Origin: Candidatus Woesebacteria bacterium | GTDB taxonomy: Bacteria; Patescibacteriota; Microgenomatia; UBA8517 | DNA length: 64,000 nucleotides | Assembly (NCBI GenBank): GCA_020061305.1 | Contig: JAGUYM010000014.1 | Span: 117,920 to 181,919, forward strand | Reading direction: 5' to 3' | Part shown: positions 47,071 to 57,010 of the stretch, in pieces | Position numbering within the stretch: the stretch's first letter is position 1 | Layout of the letters: the number at the start of each line of letters is the position of its first letter | Notes under the pieces: generated by a model | What the model was told of the DNA's origin: nothing | Seen by the model: only the letters and a program-made list of their open reading frames with translations | The model's database searches: none | Position numbers and translations under genes: made by a program

Positions 47071-47450
47071 TGACAAACTATCAAGTAGCAGATTTTTTGA
47101 TTAGGCTTAAGAATGCCGTGATGGCAGATAAAAAAGAAGTTGAGATGAAATCGACTAAACTTATTTTGGCTGTCGCCAAAACCTTAAAGGATGAAAAATA
47201 TATTAGTAATTTGGTTTTGGACAAAAATGGAAATATTAAAGTTACTCTCTCGATTTTTGCTAAAAAACCAATTTTAAGAGATGTTCGAATCGTATCGAAA
47301 CCTGGCCTTAGGATTTATGTAAATGTTGATGAATTGAAAAACAAAAGAGGACCTGAGATTTATATTCTCTCAACAAATAAAGGTGTAATGTCGGATAAAG
47401 TCGCAATTAAGAAAAATTTAGGAGGAGAACTAATAGCAAAAATATCTTAA
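47070..47450 (+). CDS. rpsH: 30S ribosomal protein S8
   Basis: ADFLIRLKNA, SKPGLRIY, LGGELI. Confidence 0.97.
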   Translation: MTNYQVADFLIRLKNAVMADKKEVEMKSTKLILAVAKTLKDEKYISNLVLDKNGNIKVTLSIFAKKPILRDVRIVSKPGLRIYVNVDELKNKRGPEIYILSTNKGVMSDKVAIKKNLGGELIAKIS

Positions 47451-47454
47451 CATT

Positions 47455-48000
47455 ATGAGTAAAATTGGCAAATTACCGGTAGAAATAAAGTCAGGAGTTG
47501 AGGTATCAATAACCCCATCGGAAATTGTGGTAAAAGGACCAAAAGGTGAATTGTCACTTAACTTACCTTCAATAGTTGAAGTTTCTCAAAACGAAGGAAA
47601 GATTGAAGTTAAAGTTAAAGACCAGAGCAAGCAATCCTTTAGTGTTTGGGGAACAGTTAGAAAATTGATTTCAAACATGGTTATTGGCGTTACTGATGGT
47701 TTTAAAAAACAACTGGAACTGGTGGGAACAGGATATAGAGCAGAGGTTCAGGGGGAGACTTTAGTTTTAAGCGTTGGATATTCTCACCCTGTCAAAATAC
47801 AAGCACCAAAGGGTGTAACCTTTAAAGTCGAAAAAAGTGTTATTACAGTAGATGGAATTGATAGGCAAGTCGTAGGACAGGTTGCGGCCAAAATAAGAGA
47901 GGTTAGAAAACCAGAACCGTACAAAGGAAAAGGAATAAAATACACAGATGAAGTTATAAGAAGAAAGGCGGGTAAGGCAGCAAAAGCAACCGTGTCTTAA
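47455..48000 (+). CDS. rplF: 50S ribosomal protein L6
   Basis: SKIGKLP, PEPYKGKGI. Confidence 0.99.
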   Translation: MSKIGKLPVEIKSGVEVSITPSEIVVKGPKGELSLNLPSIVEVSQNEGKIEVKVKDQSKQSFSVWGTVRKLISNMVIGVTDGFKKQLELVGTGYRAEVQGETLVLSVGYSHPVKIQAPKGVTFKVEKSVITVDGIDRQVVGQVAAKIREVRKPEPYKGKGIKYTDEVIRRKAGKAAKATVS

Positions 48001-48010
48001 AAAATAAAAC

Positions 48011-48262
48011 ATGGTAAAAATTAAAATAAACAAATCAAACAAATTTATTTATATACAGGCCATTGATGATGATGGTAAGGTCCTTTTTGGAATTAGGAAA
48101 AGTAAAAAGATGATTGAAAGTAAAAGGGGTGGCCTTGAGATGGCTGAAAAACTTCTTAATCTTAAAATTAAACAAGTTGTTTTTGACAGAAATAGATATA
48201 GATATCAAGGGCGGGTAAAAGAAGTGGCAGAAGGGTTAAGAGGGGGGGGTATTAAAGTATGA
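48011..48262 (+). CDS. rplR: 50S ribosomal protein L18 (truncated, 83 aa)
   Basis: SNKFIYIQAIDD, VVFDRNRYRYQGRV. Confidence 0.93.
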   Translation: MVKIKINKSNKFIYIQAIDDDGKVLFGIRKSKKMIESKRGGLEMAEKLLNLKIKQVVFDRNRYRYQGRVKEVAEGLRGGGIKV

Positions 48263-48726
48263 TTGAAAAAGAATTTAACGAATCGGTAGTTGAAATAAAT
48301 AGGATTTCCAAAAAAACAAAAGGTGGAAATCAAATAAGATTTGCCGCTGTGGTAGTTGTTGGAGACAAAAATGGCAAAGTGGGTGTTGGAATATCAAAGG
48401 CAACTGATGTTAGGAATGCCATAAGAAAAGCGATTGAAGATGCTAAAAAACACATGGTTTCAATTATTATGAAAAGTACTACAATTCCTTATTCTGTGGT
48501 GTCAAAAGTTGGCGCCTCAAAAGTTTTGTTAAAACCAGCCCCCCCTGGTTCTGGTATTATTGCTGGAGGTCCAATGAGAATTGTCTTGGAAGCGTCGGGG
48601 ATTAGGGACATTGTAGGAAAAACTTTGGGAAGTAACAATAAACTTTCAAATATCAGAGCAACGATTAAAGCCTTAGTTGAATCGTCAGAAATTCACATCA
48701 GAAAGGAGACTATTAAAAATGGCTAA
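48259..48726 (+). CDS. rpsE: 30S ribosomal protein S5
   Basis: KKTKGG, PAPPGSGIIAGG. Confidence 0.98.
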   Translation: MIEKEFNESVVEINRISKKTKGGNQIRFAAVVVVGDKNGKVGVGISKATDVRNAIRKAIEDAKKHMVSIIMKSTTIPYSVVSKVGASKVLLKPAPPGSGIIAGGPMRIVLEASGIRDIVGKTLGSNNKLSNIRATIKALVESSEIHIRKETIKNG

Positions 48727-49087
48727 AAGAGTAGGAAGGGGTTATGGTAGTGGTAAGGGTGGGCACACTACAGGCAGGGGTCAAAAAGGACAAAAAGCCA
48801 GAGGGAAACTGCACATTCTGTTTGAGGGTTTAAAAGTAAAGAAGTCAACACTTAAAAAATTACCCTTTTTAAGAGGAAGAGGAAAATTTAAAGCAGTAGC
48901 GAAGCCTGTTATTGTTAGTATTAAAAAAATTGAGGAAAAATTTAAGAAAGGCGAAACAATAAGTGTTGAGTCTTTAGCAAAACATGGCTTAATAAATAAA
49001 AAAGATGCATTAAAATTTGGAGTTAAGGTATTAGGAAAAAGTGTTAATAAAGAAAATTATAAATTTGAGGTTAAAGTTTCAAAATAA
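48719..49087 (+). CDS. rplO: 50S ribosomal protein L15 (short)
   Basis: Start re-called at MAKRVGRGYGSGKG; GRGQKGQKAR. Confidence 0.95.
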   Translation: MAKRVGRGYGSGKGGHTTGRGQKGQKARGKLHILFEGLKVKKSTLKKLPFLRGRGKFKAVAKPVIVSIKKIEEKFKKGETISVESLAKHGLINKKDALKFGVKVLGKSVNKENYKFEVKVSK

Positions 49088-50368
49088 ATGTTTCAAAAAA
49101 TTGCCCAGTTTTTCAAAAAAATAATATCCCACCATACTTTAAGAAAGAAAGTTCTTATAACAGCAGGGATAATACTTTTTTTTAGAATTGCAGCCCACAT
49201 ACCCGTTTCTGGAGTTGATAAGGCAAGTCTTTCTGCACTATTTTTAGGTAGTCCCCTACTTTCACTTTTAGATGTATTTTCAGGCGGAACCCTTGCAAAC
49301 TTTTCAATAATGGCACTGGGCCTCAATCCATATATTAATGCCTCGATTATTATGCAAATTTTAGGGTATGTTGTTCCTCAACTTGAGGAATTACAAAAAG
49401 AGGGAGAATATGGACAGGAAAAAATAAATCAATACACAAGATATCTAACAGTCCCACTTTCAATTATGCAGAGTTTTGGGATGTATGCGCTTTTGAAATC
49501 TCAAGGAATAATGGGAAATTTGGGATTAACAGATCTAATAATCTTATGCCTTACGATGACAGCAGGGACAATGCTTGCAGTTTGGTTCGGAGATTTAATT
49601 ACTCAATATGCCTTTAAAAATGGAGTATCAATTTTAATTTTTGTAGGTATTATCTCAAGGCTTCCTGTAACTGTAGGCCAAACCCTAACAGGTTTAAGAC
49701 AAGAAGACATATTAAAACTTATAATATTTGTTGTACTTGCGATAGTTGTTATGGGACTTATTATTTTTGTAAATGAAGCCATAAGAAGAATTCCAATAAG
49801 TTATGCCAAATCATCTCTTTCATTAAGACAAGGTGCCTCCTATCTACCGCTTCGTTTAAATCAGGCGGGAGTAATACCAATTATCTTTGCTGTTTCATTG
49901 ATACTTATGCCGTCAATGATTACCCAATTTTTGGGTGCATCTGGAAACTCAGCAATTTCTCAAATTTCTTTAAATATTCAAAAGTATTTTAATCCTAATT
50001 CATTAATATATAATTTGGTTTATTTCATTTTGGTTATGGGTTTTACATATTTTTATACAACCGTGGTTTTTAATCCAGAAAAAATCTCAGAAAATTTACA
50101 GAAATCGGGCGGATTTATACCGGGAATAAGACCCGGTTCGTCGACAATTAAATATTTAAGTTTTGTTTTAAATAGATTGACTTTGGTGGGAGCGGGTTTT
50201 TTAGCAACGGTTGCAGTATTGCCATCCTTTTTCCAAAATTCAATAGGAGTAAGTAATCTTGCAATCGGCGGAACTGGTGTTTTAATTGCAATTTCAGTGG
50301 TTCTAGAACTCATCCGCGAAATCGAAGGAGATATTTTAATGAGTAGATATGAAGGCTTTTCAGAATGA
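49088..50368 (+). CDS. secY: Preprotein translocase SecY
   Basis: LGLNPYINASII, AGVIPIIFA, FIPGIRPG. Confidence 0.98.
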   Translation: MFQKIAQFFKKIISHHTLRKKVLITAGIILFFRIAAHIPVSGVDKASLSALFLGSPLLSLLDVFSGGTLANFSIMALGLNPYINASIIMQILGYVVPQLEELQKEGEYGQEKINQYTRYLTVPLSIMQSFGMYALLKSQGIMGNLGLTDLIILCLTMTAGTMLAVWFGDLITQYAFKNGVSILIFVGIISRLPVTVGQTLTGLRQEDILKLIIFVVLAIVVMGLIIFVNEAIRRIPISYAKSSLSLRQGASYLPLRLNQAGVIPIIFAVSLILMPSMITQFLGASGNSAISQISLNIQKYFNPNSLIYNLVYFILVMGFTYFYTTVVFNPEKISENLQKSGGFIPGIRPGSSTIKYLSFVLNRLTLVGAGFLATVAVLPSFFQNSIGVSNLAIGGTGVLIAISVVLELIREIEGDILMSRYEGFSE

Positions 50369-51009
50369 ATATAGTATTTTTAGGGACACAGGGATCAGGT
50401 AAGGGAACACAAGCAAGACTTCTTTGCGAGAAATTTGGTTTTTTTTATTTTGAGTCTGGGGCATATCTAAGAAAAATAGCTCAAGATAATCAAGAAGTAA
50501 GAGATATGTTAAATCAGGGAATAATGGTCCCTGATAAAGAAATGACCTCATATTTAACAGCTTACCTTGATCAAGAGCATCTATATGATGATATCATCTT
50601 TGATGGGTTTCCGAGAAATATAGATCAATATTTTTTTTTAAAAAAATGGCTTTTTGATAAAAAAGTTGAAATTAATCTTTGCTTTGTTTTAACAATTTCA
50701 GAAAACGAAACAATAAGAAGACTATCAGGCAGAAGAATAGATCCTGAGACCGGAAAAATTTATAATCTTGTTACTGAAAAAATTCCAGAAAGTGTTGATG
50801 TAAATAAACTAATACAAAGAGAAGATGACAAACTCGTAGCCATTAAAAAAAGACTCGAACTTTATAATACTAAGACAAAAGTTTTAATTTCTGAAATTAA
50901 AAAAGACACCACTGTTTATGAAATAAATGGTGAAAGGACAGTTGATGAAGTACAGCAAGAATTAGTTTCTATAATTGAAAAATTTAAAAATGAACAAACT
51001 TCAAATTAA
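50365..51009 (+). CDS. adk: Adenylate kinase
   Basis: GTQGSGKGTQ, DGFPR, QREDD. Confidence 0.93.
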   Translation: MNIVFLGTQGSGKGTQARLLCEKFGFFYFESGAYLRKIAQDNQEVRDMLNQGIMVPDKEMTSYLTAYLDQEHLYDDIIFDGFPRNIDQYFFLKKWLFDKKVEINLCFVLTISENETIRRLSGRRIDPETGKIYNLVTEKIPESVDVNKLIQREDDKLVAIKKRLELYNTKTKVLISEIKKDTTVYEINGERTVDEVQQELVSIIEKFKNEQTSN

Positions 51010-51745
51010 AACCCCTAAAGATTTTGAAATTATGAAAGAAGGAGGAAAACTCCTTAATAAGATTAAAAATGTGTTGGTTAAAAAAATTAAAATAGGAGTA
51101 AATGCCAAAGATATTGATGATTTGGCTGAAAAGTTAATTCTTGAAAGTGGTGGTAAGCCATCCTTTAAGATGGTGCCCCATTATAAATGGAGTACTTGTA
51201 TAAATGTGAATGAAGGTGTGGTTCATGGGATACCTCATAAAGAAATTGTTTTTAAAGAGGGAGATTTGGTAAGCCTTGACATTGGAATGTATTACAAAGG
51301 ATTTCATACTGATACATCAATAAGTTTGGGCTTAAACACTGACAAAAAGATTAATAAATTTCTGGGAGTGGGGAGAGAAGCTTTTAATAATGCTGTTTTG
51401 ACAATTATTCCAAACAAATCTTATATCTACGATATTTCACTGGCAATTGAAAAAACTTTGGATGTACACAACTTAAATCCAATTTTGGATTTAACCGGTC
51501 ATGGTATAGGTAAAAAATTACATGAATACCCTTATGTGCCTTGTTTTGTTGAGGATATTCGAGAAAATACACTAAAAATTATTCCAGGGATGGCCATAGC
51601 GGTTGAGGTAATGTATACTTTTGGAAAACCCGACTTAATTAAAGCCAGTGATGGGTGGACAATTAAGACTAAGGATGGTAAAATAGCAGGACTTTTTGAA
51701 GATACGGTAATTGTTACTGAAAACGGTTATCAGATAATCACATAA
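50990..51745 (+). CDS. map: Methionine aminopeptidase type I
   Basis: VVHGIP, GDLVSLD, GHGIG, FEDTV. Confidence 0.95.
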   Translation: MNKLQIKTPKDFEIMKEGGKLLNKIKNVLVKKIKIGVNAKDIDDLAEKLILESGGKPSFKMVPHYKWSTCINVNEGVVHGIPHKEIVFKEGDLVSLDIGMYYKGFHTDTSISLGLNTDKKINKFLGVGREAFNNAVLTIIPNKSYIYDISLAIEKTLDVHNLNPILDLTGHGIGKKLHEYPYVPCFVEDIRENTLKIIPGMAIAVEVMYTFGKPDLIKASDGWTIKTKDGKIAGLFEDTVIVTENGYQIIT

Positions 51746-51772
51746 GTACTTTGTGGTTATTTTTTTGTCAAG

Positions 51773-51988
51773 ATGAAAAGAAACGATAATTTTACAAAAA
51801 TAGGTGAAGTCAAGGAACTTCTTCCAAACACCATGTTTAGAATCGCAATGGATGATGGGAAGCTGGTTTTGGCTACCCTAAAAGGTTCTTTAAGAAAATC
51901 GTATGTAAGAGTTTTCCCTGGGGATAGAGTCAGAGTTGAGATGACTCCTTATGATGAGGCAAGGGGAAGAATAGTGGGTAAATTGTAA
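51773..51988 (+). CDS. infA: Translation initiation factor IF-1
   Basis: [19 protein letters not shown]. Confidence 0.97.
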   Translation: MKRNDNFTKIGEVKELLPNTMFRIAMDDGKLVLATLKGSLRKSYVRVFPGDRVRVEMTPYDEARGRIVGKL

Positions 51989-51992
51989 ATAT

Positions 51993-52106
51993 ATGAAAGT
52001 TGTAGCGTCCGTAAAGAAAAGATGTAAGAGTTGCAAACTCATCAAAAGAGCTGGGGTGTTGCGTGTTATTTGTATAAACCCAAGACATAAACAAAGACAG
52101 GGATAA
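51993..52106 (+). CDS. rpmJ: 50S ribosomal protein L36 (below the ORF-track cutoff)
   Basis: [37 protein letters not shown]. Confidence 0.97.
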   Translation: MKVVASVKKRCKSCKLIKRAGVLRVICINPRHKQRQG

Positions 52107-52107
52107 T

Positions 52108-52512
52108 ATGGCGAGAATATCAGGAATAGAACTAAACGACAATTTAAGGATTGATTATGCCTTAACAAGAGTTAAAGGTATAGGTTGGGCATTGTCTAAA
52201 AAAATACTTGAAGATTTAAAAGTTGATTCTTCTGTCAGGCTTAAAGACATTAAACCTGAAGATTTAAATAAAATTAATTCAAAAATGGAAGAGTATCCAA
52301 CGGAGGGAGAGCTGGTAAGAAGAGTACGAAGTGATATTTCAAGACTTCAGGCAATTGGTTCGTATAAGGGACTAAGGCATTCAAGGGGTTTGCCCGTAAG
52401 AGGTCAACGAACCAAAACAAATGCCAGAACCAAAAGAGGAAAGAGGAAGACTGTGGGAGCATTTAAGAAGGAGGAGCTTGCCAAACAGAAACAGGCACAA
52501 AAAGACAAATGA
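52108..52512 (+). CDS. rpsM: 30S ribosomal protein S13
   Basis: [20 protein letters not shown]. Confidence 0.99.
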   Translation: MARISGIELNDNLRIDYALTRVKGIGWALSKKILEDLKVDSSVRLKDIKPEDLNKINSKMEEYPTEGELVRRVRSDISRLQAIGSYKGLRHSRGLPVRGQRTKTNARTKRGKRKTVGAFKKEELAKQKQAQKDK

Positions 52513-52862
52513 TGAAAAAACAAATAGGTAAAGTATATGTTAGCGCATCCTTTAATAATACACTGGTAAGTGTTTGTGATGAAAAAGGTAATATACTGGT
52601 GTGGTCATCTTCCGGAGCAGTTGGTTTCAAGGGAACAAGAAGGTCAACTCCCTTCGCTGCAACTACGGCAATCGAAACGGCTATGACAAAAGCTAAAGAC
52701 AAAGGAATTAGTGAAGTTGAAATTTACATTAAGGGGCCTGGGGCAGGTAGAGATGCAGCACTTCGTGCGATTAAAGCTTCAGGACTAAAAATATCATTAA
52801 TAGCTGATGTGACGCCAATGCCACATAATGGACCAAGACCAAAAAAGAAAAGGAGGGCATGA
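52509..52862 (+). CDS. rpsK: 30S ribosomal protein S11
   Basis: SFNNT, STPFAA, PHNGPRP. Confidence 0.99.
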   Translation: MMKKQIGKVYVSASFNNTLVSVCDEKGNILVWSSSGAVGFKGTRRSTPFAATTAIETAMTKAKDKGISEVEIYIKGPGAGRDAALRAIKASGLKISLIADVTPMPHNGPRPKKKRRA

Positions 52863-53464
52863 TGGGAAAATATAATGGACCAAAAGATAGGTTAAGTAGG
52901 AGAGAGGGAATAGATTTGTTTGGTAAGGGTGTAAAATTAACTCGACTAAATATTCCCCCCGGAGTGCATGGACCGAAAGGGGTTACGAAATCTCAATCAC
53001 AATACGGTAAACAACTAAGAGAAAAACAAAAAGTCAAAAGATTGTACGGTTTATTTGAAAAGCAATTTTCTCGTTATATAGAAAAAGCCTTAAAACATAA
53101 AGGAAATACAGGAGAAGCACTTTTATCACTTCTTGAGAGAAGGTTGGACAATGTGGTTTATAGATTAGGATTTGCCAAAACCAGACCAATGGCAAGACAA
53201 CTTGTTTCTCATGGGCATATCTTAGTAAATGGCAAGAAGGTTAATATTTCATCTTATATGGTTAAAGTTAATGATGTAGTATCTCTATCTCCCAAATCCG
53301 TAGCAATACCTCATGTTAAAAAGCTTTTGGAAATAGAAGGCTACATGGTACCGAATTGGCTTGAGAGAAAGGAATTTGTGGGTAAAATTGTGGAAGTTCC
53401 AGAGAGGTCGGATATAGTTGAGCCTATTTTCGAACAAGATGTCGTTGAGTTCTACTCAAGATAG
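52859..53464 (+). CDS. rpsD: 30S ribosomal protein S4
   Basis: [24 protein letters not shown]. Confidence 0.99.
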   Translation: MMGKYNGPKDRLSRREGIDLFGKGVKLTRLNIPPGVHGPKGVTKSQSQYGKQLREKQKVKRLYGLFEKQFSRYIEKALKHKGNTGEALLSLLERRLDNVVYRLGFAKTRPMARQLVSHGHILVNGKKVNISSYMVKVNDVVSLSPKSVAIPHVKKLLEIEGYMVPNWLERKEFVGKIVEVPERSDIVEPIFEQDVVEFYSR

Positions 53465-53500
53465 TGGTAGAATCGAAAAACTTGAAATGAGGTGATTTTT

Positions 53501-54409
53501 ATGTCGCAAACAATATTTGAATTAATCGAAGAAGAAAAAGGTAAAAATTACTCTAGGGTGGTCATTTCCCCGCTTCAGCAGGGATATGGTTACACACTAG
53601 GACACTCGTTGAGAAGGGTTTTATTATCCTCGCTTCCTGGAGCAGCCTTTACTTCCGTAAAAATCGCAGGTGTAAATCATCAATTTTCATCACTTTCAGG
53701 AATGAAAGAGGATATAGTTGAATTTTGCTTAAATTTAAAAAAAGTAAGACTTTCATATACAGGTGATAAGCAAGTTTTAGCAAGTCTAAAAGTTGCTACA
53801 CCAGGTGAAGTTAAAGCAGGAGATATTAAATTACCCACGGGGGTAACTGTATCAAATCCTGATTTAGTTTTGGCTGTGTTGAATAAAGGTGCCAAACTTG
53901 AAGCTCAGATGACTATTGAGTCGGGAGTCGGATATTCAACAGCGGATACGCGATCAACAGGAGAATTGGGTTTAATAGCTTTAGATGCATCTTTTTCCCC
54001 AGTTGTCCGTGTCAATTATAAAGTAGAGGAAACTCGTGTAGGAAGACTTACAAATTATGACAAACTAACTCTTGAAATTTGGACAGACGGGACGATTGAT
54101 GGCAAAAAAGCCATCCAATTAGGTGCTCAAATTCTTTCGGATTATTACATGCAGATAGTTAATCCAAAAGTAGTTAAAAAAGAAGAGATAGATGAAACAA
54201 AAAATGACTTGGGATTAGTAGGAAAACTTTCAGTTGAAGAAATTGGTCTTCCAACAAGAGTAGCAAACGCCTTAGTAAAAGCTGGTTATGAGTCAGTTGA
54301 AGCTTTAGTTAATGCCGATAAAAATGAACTGGTAAAAGTGAGAAATCTTGGTGAAAAGTCCTTAAAAATTATTTCAGCCGCATTGGGTGAAAAAGGTGTC
54401 TCCTTTTAA
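53501..54409 (+). CDS. rpoA: RNA polymerase alpha subunit
   Basis: GYGYTLGHSLRRVLLS, NLGEKSL; GAGGTGA SD before ATG 53501. Confidence 0.98.
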   Translation: MSQTIFELIEEEKGKNYSRVVISPLQQGYGYTLGHSLRRVLLSSLPGAAFTSVKIAGVNHQFSSLSGMKEDIVEFCLNLKKVRLSYTGDKQVLASLKVATPGEVKAGDIKLPTGVTVSNPDLVLAVLNKGAKLEAQMTIESGVGYSTADTRSTGELGLIALDASFSPVVRVNYKVEETRVGRLTNYDKLTLEIWTDGTIDGKKAIQLGAQILSDYYMQIVNPKVVKKEEIDETKNDLGLVGKLSVEEIGLPTRVANALVKAGYESVEALVNADKNELVKVRNLGEKSLKIISAALGEKGVSF

Positions 54410-54425
54410 TTTTAACTAGGTTATC

Positions 54426-54818
54426 ATGAAGAAAAAGATATTTGGCAGAAAGCTTTCCAGAGAAAGGGCATCAAGAGAGGCCTTGTTTGTGTCACTGGTG
54501 GAGAATTTTATCTTAAACGGAAAAATTACTACAACAAAAGCAAAGGCTAAGGCGGTGGTTGGTTTAATTGATGGTTTGGTTGTCTTGTCTAAAAAAACAA
54601 CACTTGGAGCTAGGAGATTGATACTTAAAAAAGTTAGAGGAAATACAAAAGTTTTAGCAAAACTTTCAAAAGAGGCAGAAAATTTCAAAGATAGAATTGG
54701 AGGCTATACAAAATTAATACCACTTCCAAATCGAAAAGGTGATATGGCCAAAATGGTAAGAATTGAGTGGGTCAAAAATAAAAATGAAAACTTATCAACC
54801 AAAAAAGAGGGAAATTAA
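54426..54818 (+). CDS. rplQ: 50S ribosomal protein L17
   Basis: GRKLSR, ITTTKAKAK, RIGGYT, RKGDMA. Confidence 0.97.
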   Translation: MKKKIFGRKLSRERASREALFVSLVENFILNGKITTTKAKAKAVVGLIDGLVVLSKKTTLGARRLILKKVRGNTKVLAKLSKEAENFKDRIGGYTKLIPLPNRKGDMAKMVRIEWVKNKNENLSTKKEGN

Positions 54819-55197
54819 AAGAAGTTGGCATCTATTGGATGCCAAAGACCAGATTTTAGGAAGACTTGCAGCTAAAACGAGTCAGCTTCTGATGGGGAAA
54901 CATAAAGTCAGCTATTCTACACATATGGATTCTGGTGATAATGTCGTAATTATTAATTGCGAGAAAGTAAAACTTTCAGGTAAAAAGAATGAAAGCAAAA
55001 TTTATGTTAGCCATTCAGGATACCCAGGAGGATATAAAGAAACTAAAATTCAAAAATTGAGGAAAGAAAATCCTGAAAGAATCCTCGAAAAAGCAATTTA
55101 TGGAATGCTTCCTGCAAATAGGTTAAGAAGCAACAGGATGAATAGACTTTTTTTAATAAAAGGGGATAAAAATAAATATGAAAACAAGTTTAAATAA
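54784..55197 (+). CDS. rplM: 50S ribosomal protein L13
   Basis: Start re-called at MKTYQPK; LGRLA, GKHK, HSGYPGG. Confidence 0.98.
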   Translation: MKTYQPKKREIKRSWHLLDAKDQILGRLAAKTSQLLMGKHKVSYSTHMDSGDNVVIINCEKVKLSGKKNESKIYVSHSGYPGGYKETKIQKLRKENPERILEKAIYGMLPANRLRSNRMNRLFLIKGDKNKYENKFK

Positions 55198-55591
55198 TAA
55201 AAAATATATATATACTGTTGGCAGAAGAAAAACATCTTCCGCTAGGATAAGGCTGTTTAAAGGTAAGGGGGAGTCAATTGTTAACGGCCTAAGTCTTTCT
55301 GACTTTGTAAAAAATTCTAAGTACAAAATTTTACTTGAAAAGCCCCTAAAATTAACTGACACAATTGATAACTTTTACTTTACTGCAAAAGTTGCTGGCG
55401 GTGGAGTTGTTAGTCAAATTTCTGCAATTGTACATGGAATTTCAAGAGCACTCATTAAAGTTTCAGCTGAGAAACATAAGTCGATTCTTAAAAAAGCAGG
55501 ACTATTAACCCGCGACCCAAGAGAAAGACAAAGAAGAATGGCGGGAACAGGGGGAAAAGCTAGAAGACAAAAGCAATCCCCTAAGCGTTAA
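55178..55591 (+). CDS. rpsI: 30S ribosomal protein S9
   Basis: GRRKTSSAR, LTRDPR, C-terminal SPKR. Confidence 0.98.
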   Translation: MKTSLNNKKYIYTVGRRKTSSARIRLFKGKGESIVNGLSLSDFVKNSKYKILLEKPLKLTDTIDNFYFTAKVAGGGVVSQISAIVHGISRALIKVSAEKHKSILKKAGLLTRDPRERQRRMAGTGGKARRQKQSPKR

Positions 55592-55649
55592 GATGAAAAA
55601 GAAAAACTCAATAAATCAAAAAAGGGTAATTTAAGGAAGTATGCGAGTA

Positions 55650-55676
55650 AATTGCTTCACTTTGTTCGTAATGACA
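55650..55676. repeat. Half copy of a GTCATTGCGA...GCAAT-type palindromic repeat
   Basis: ATTGCTTCACTTTGTTCGTAATGACA; related to the element at 59145-59222. Confidence 0.5.
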
Positions 55677-55747
55677 TTGGGGTTCATGGTATAATCGTGC
55701 AACTTAAAATTATTTTGGTCACATTTGTAACCAACTGAAATTAACTG

Positions 55748-55796
55748 AAATAATTTGATCAAATTATTTTGACGGAGATTAGTTTAAGAGTAGAAT
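55748..55796 (+). promoter_or_regulatory. 22-bp perfect palindrome abutting a sigma70 promoter upstream of recA
   Basis: AAATAATTTGATCAAATTATTT 55748-55769; TTGACG-16-TAGAAT 55769-55796. Confidence 0.6.
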
Positions 55797-55897
55797 GGGT
55801 GCATGGGGTGCATCTGGCGAGTGTGCGACTCACTCATCTCCGACTAAATCGCTACTTGCATTTGGTAATACTTCGTATTATTGTATAAACAATAGCA

Positions 55898-56986
55898 ATG
55901 GCAAAGAAGAAGAATGAAACAGTTGAAACTCCAGTAAAACAGGAAGGTTCTGCTCAAAAACTTCAGGCAATTAAGATTGCCATGGAACAAATTGAAAAAC
56001 AATATGGCAAAGGTTCTATTATGAAACTTGGCGAGGGTACAAAAGACATTAAAATTGATGTTATACCAACCGGGTCAATTGCACTTGATCTAGCTCTTGG
56101 CGTTGGAGGTTTACCTAGAGGTAGAATAATTGAAATATATGGCCCCGAAGCTTCAGGTAAAACGACCCTTGCTTTATCTGTTATCGCAGAAGCTCAAAAG
56201 ACGGGAGGGCAATGTGCCTTTGTTGATGCTGAACACGCCCTTGATCCTGTCAGGGCCGAGACAATTGGTGTCAATTTGGATGAACTTTTGTTATCTCAGC
56301 CCGATACAGGCGAACAGGCCTTGGAGATTACTGAGACTTTGGTTAGGAGTGGAGCCTTAGATGTAATTGTTGTCGATTCGGTAGCAGCCCTTGTTCCAAG
56401 AGCTGAGCTTGAGGGGCAGATGGGTGATGCTGTAATGGGTCTTCAGGCTCGTTTGATGTCTCAGGCATTAAGGAAATTAACGGGTGCAATTAGTAAAAGC
56501 AAAACAGTTCTGATATTTACAAATCAACTTCGCCAAAAAATTGGAGTCATGTTTGGTAACCCTGAAACTACAACGGGTGGAATGGCTTTAAAGTTTTACG
56601 CTTCAGTAAGACTTGACATTAGGAGAGTAGAATCGATAAAAGGTGAGGGAGATAATATAATTGGAACAAGAGCAAGAGTCAGGGTTGTTAAAAATAAAGT
56701 TGCACCCCCCTTAAAGGTGGCCGAGTTTGACATCATGAATGATGAAGGAATCAGTAAATCAGGGAATTTTTTAGATGTGGCTTTGGATTTAGGAATTTTG
56801 ACAAAGTCAGGATCTTTTGTAAATTATGAAGGAAAAGTTTTAGCACAAGGGAGAGAGGGTGCCAAAAATTACATAAAAGAAAATTTTAAATTTGCAGAAG
56901 AATTAGAAAAAAGAATCAGAACAATGATGACTTCTGGTAAAAAACTTCCTAAAGAAATAGGAGAAGAAGAAAAAGAGGATGAATGA
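55898..56986 (+). CDS. recA: Recombinase RecA
   Basis: [33 protein letters not shown]. Confidence 0.99.
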   Translation: MAKKKNETVETPVKQEGSAQKLQAIKIAMEQIEKQYGKGSIMKLGEGTKDIKIDVIPTGSIALDLALGVGGLPRGRIIEIYGPEASGKTTLALSVIAEAQKTGGQCAFVDAEHALDPVRAETIGVNLDELLLSQPDTGEQALEITETLVRSGALDVIVVDSVAALVPRAELEGQMGDAVMGLQARLMSQALRKLTGAISKSKTVLIFTNQLRQKIGVMFGNPETTTGGMALKFYASVRLDIRRVESIKGEGDNIIGTRARVRVVKNKVAPPLKVAEFDIMNDEGISKSGNFLDVALDLGILTKSGSFVNYEGKVLAQGREGAKNYIKENFKFAEELEKRIRTMMTSGKKLPKEIGEEEKEDE

Positions 56987-57010
56987 TTTCTAATCGTTTT
57001 AGTTGATTTA

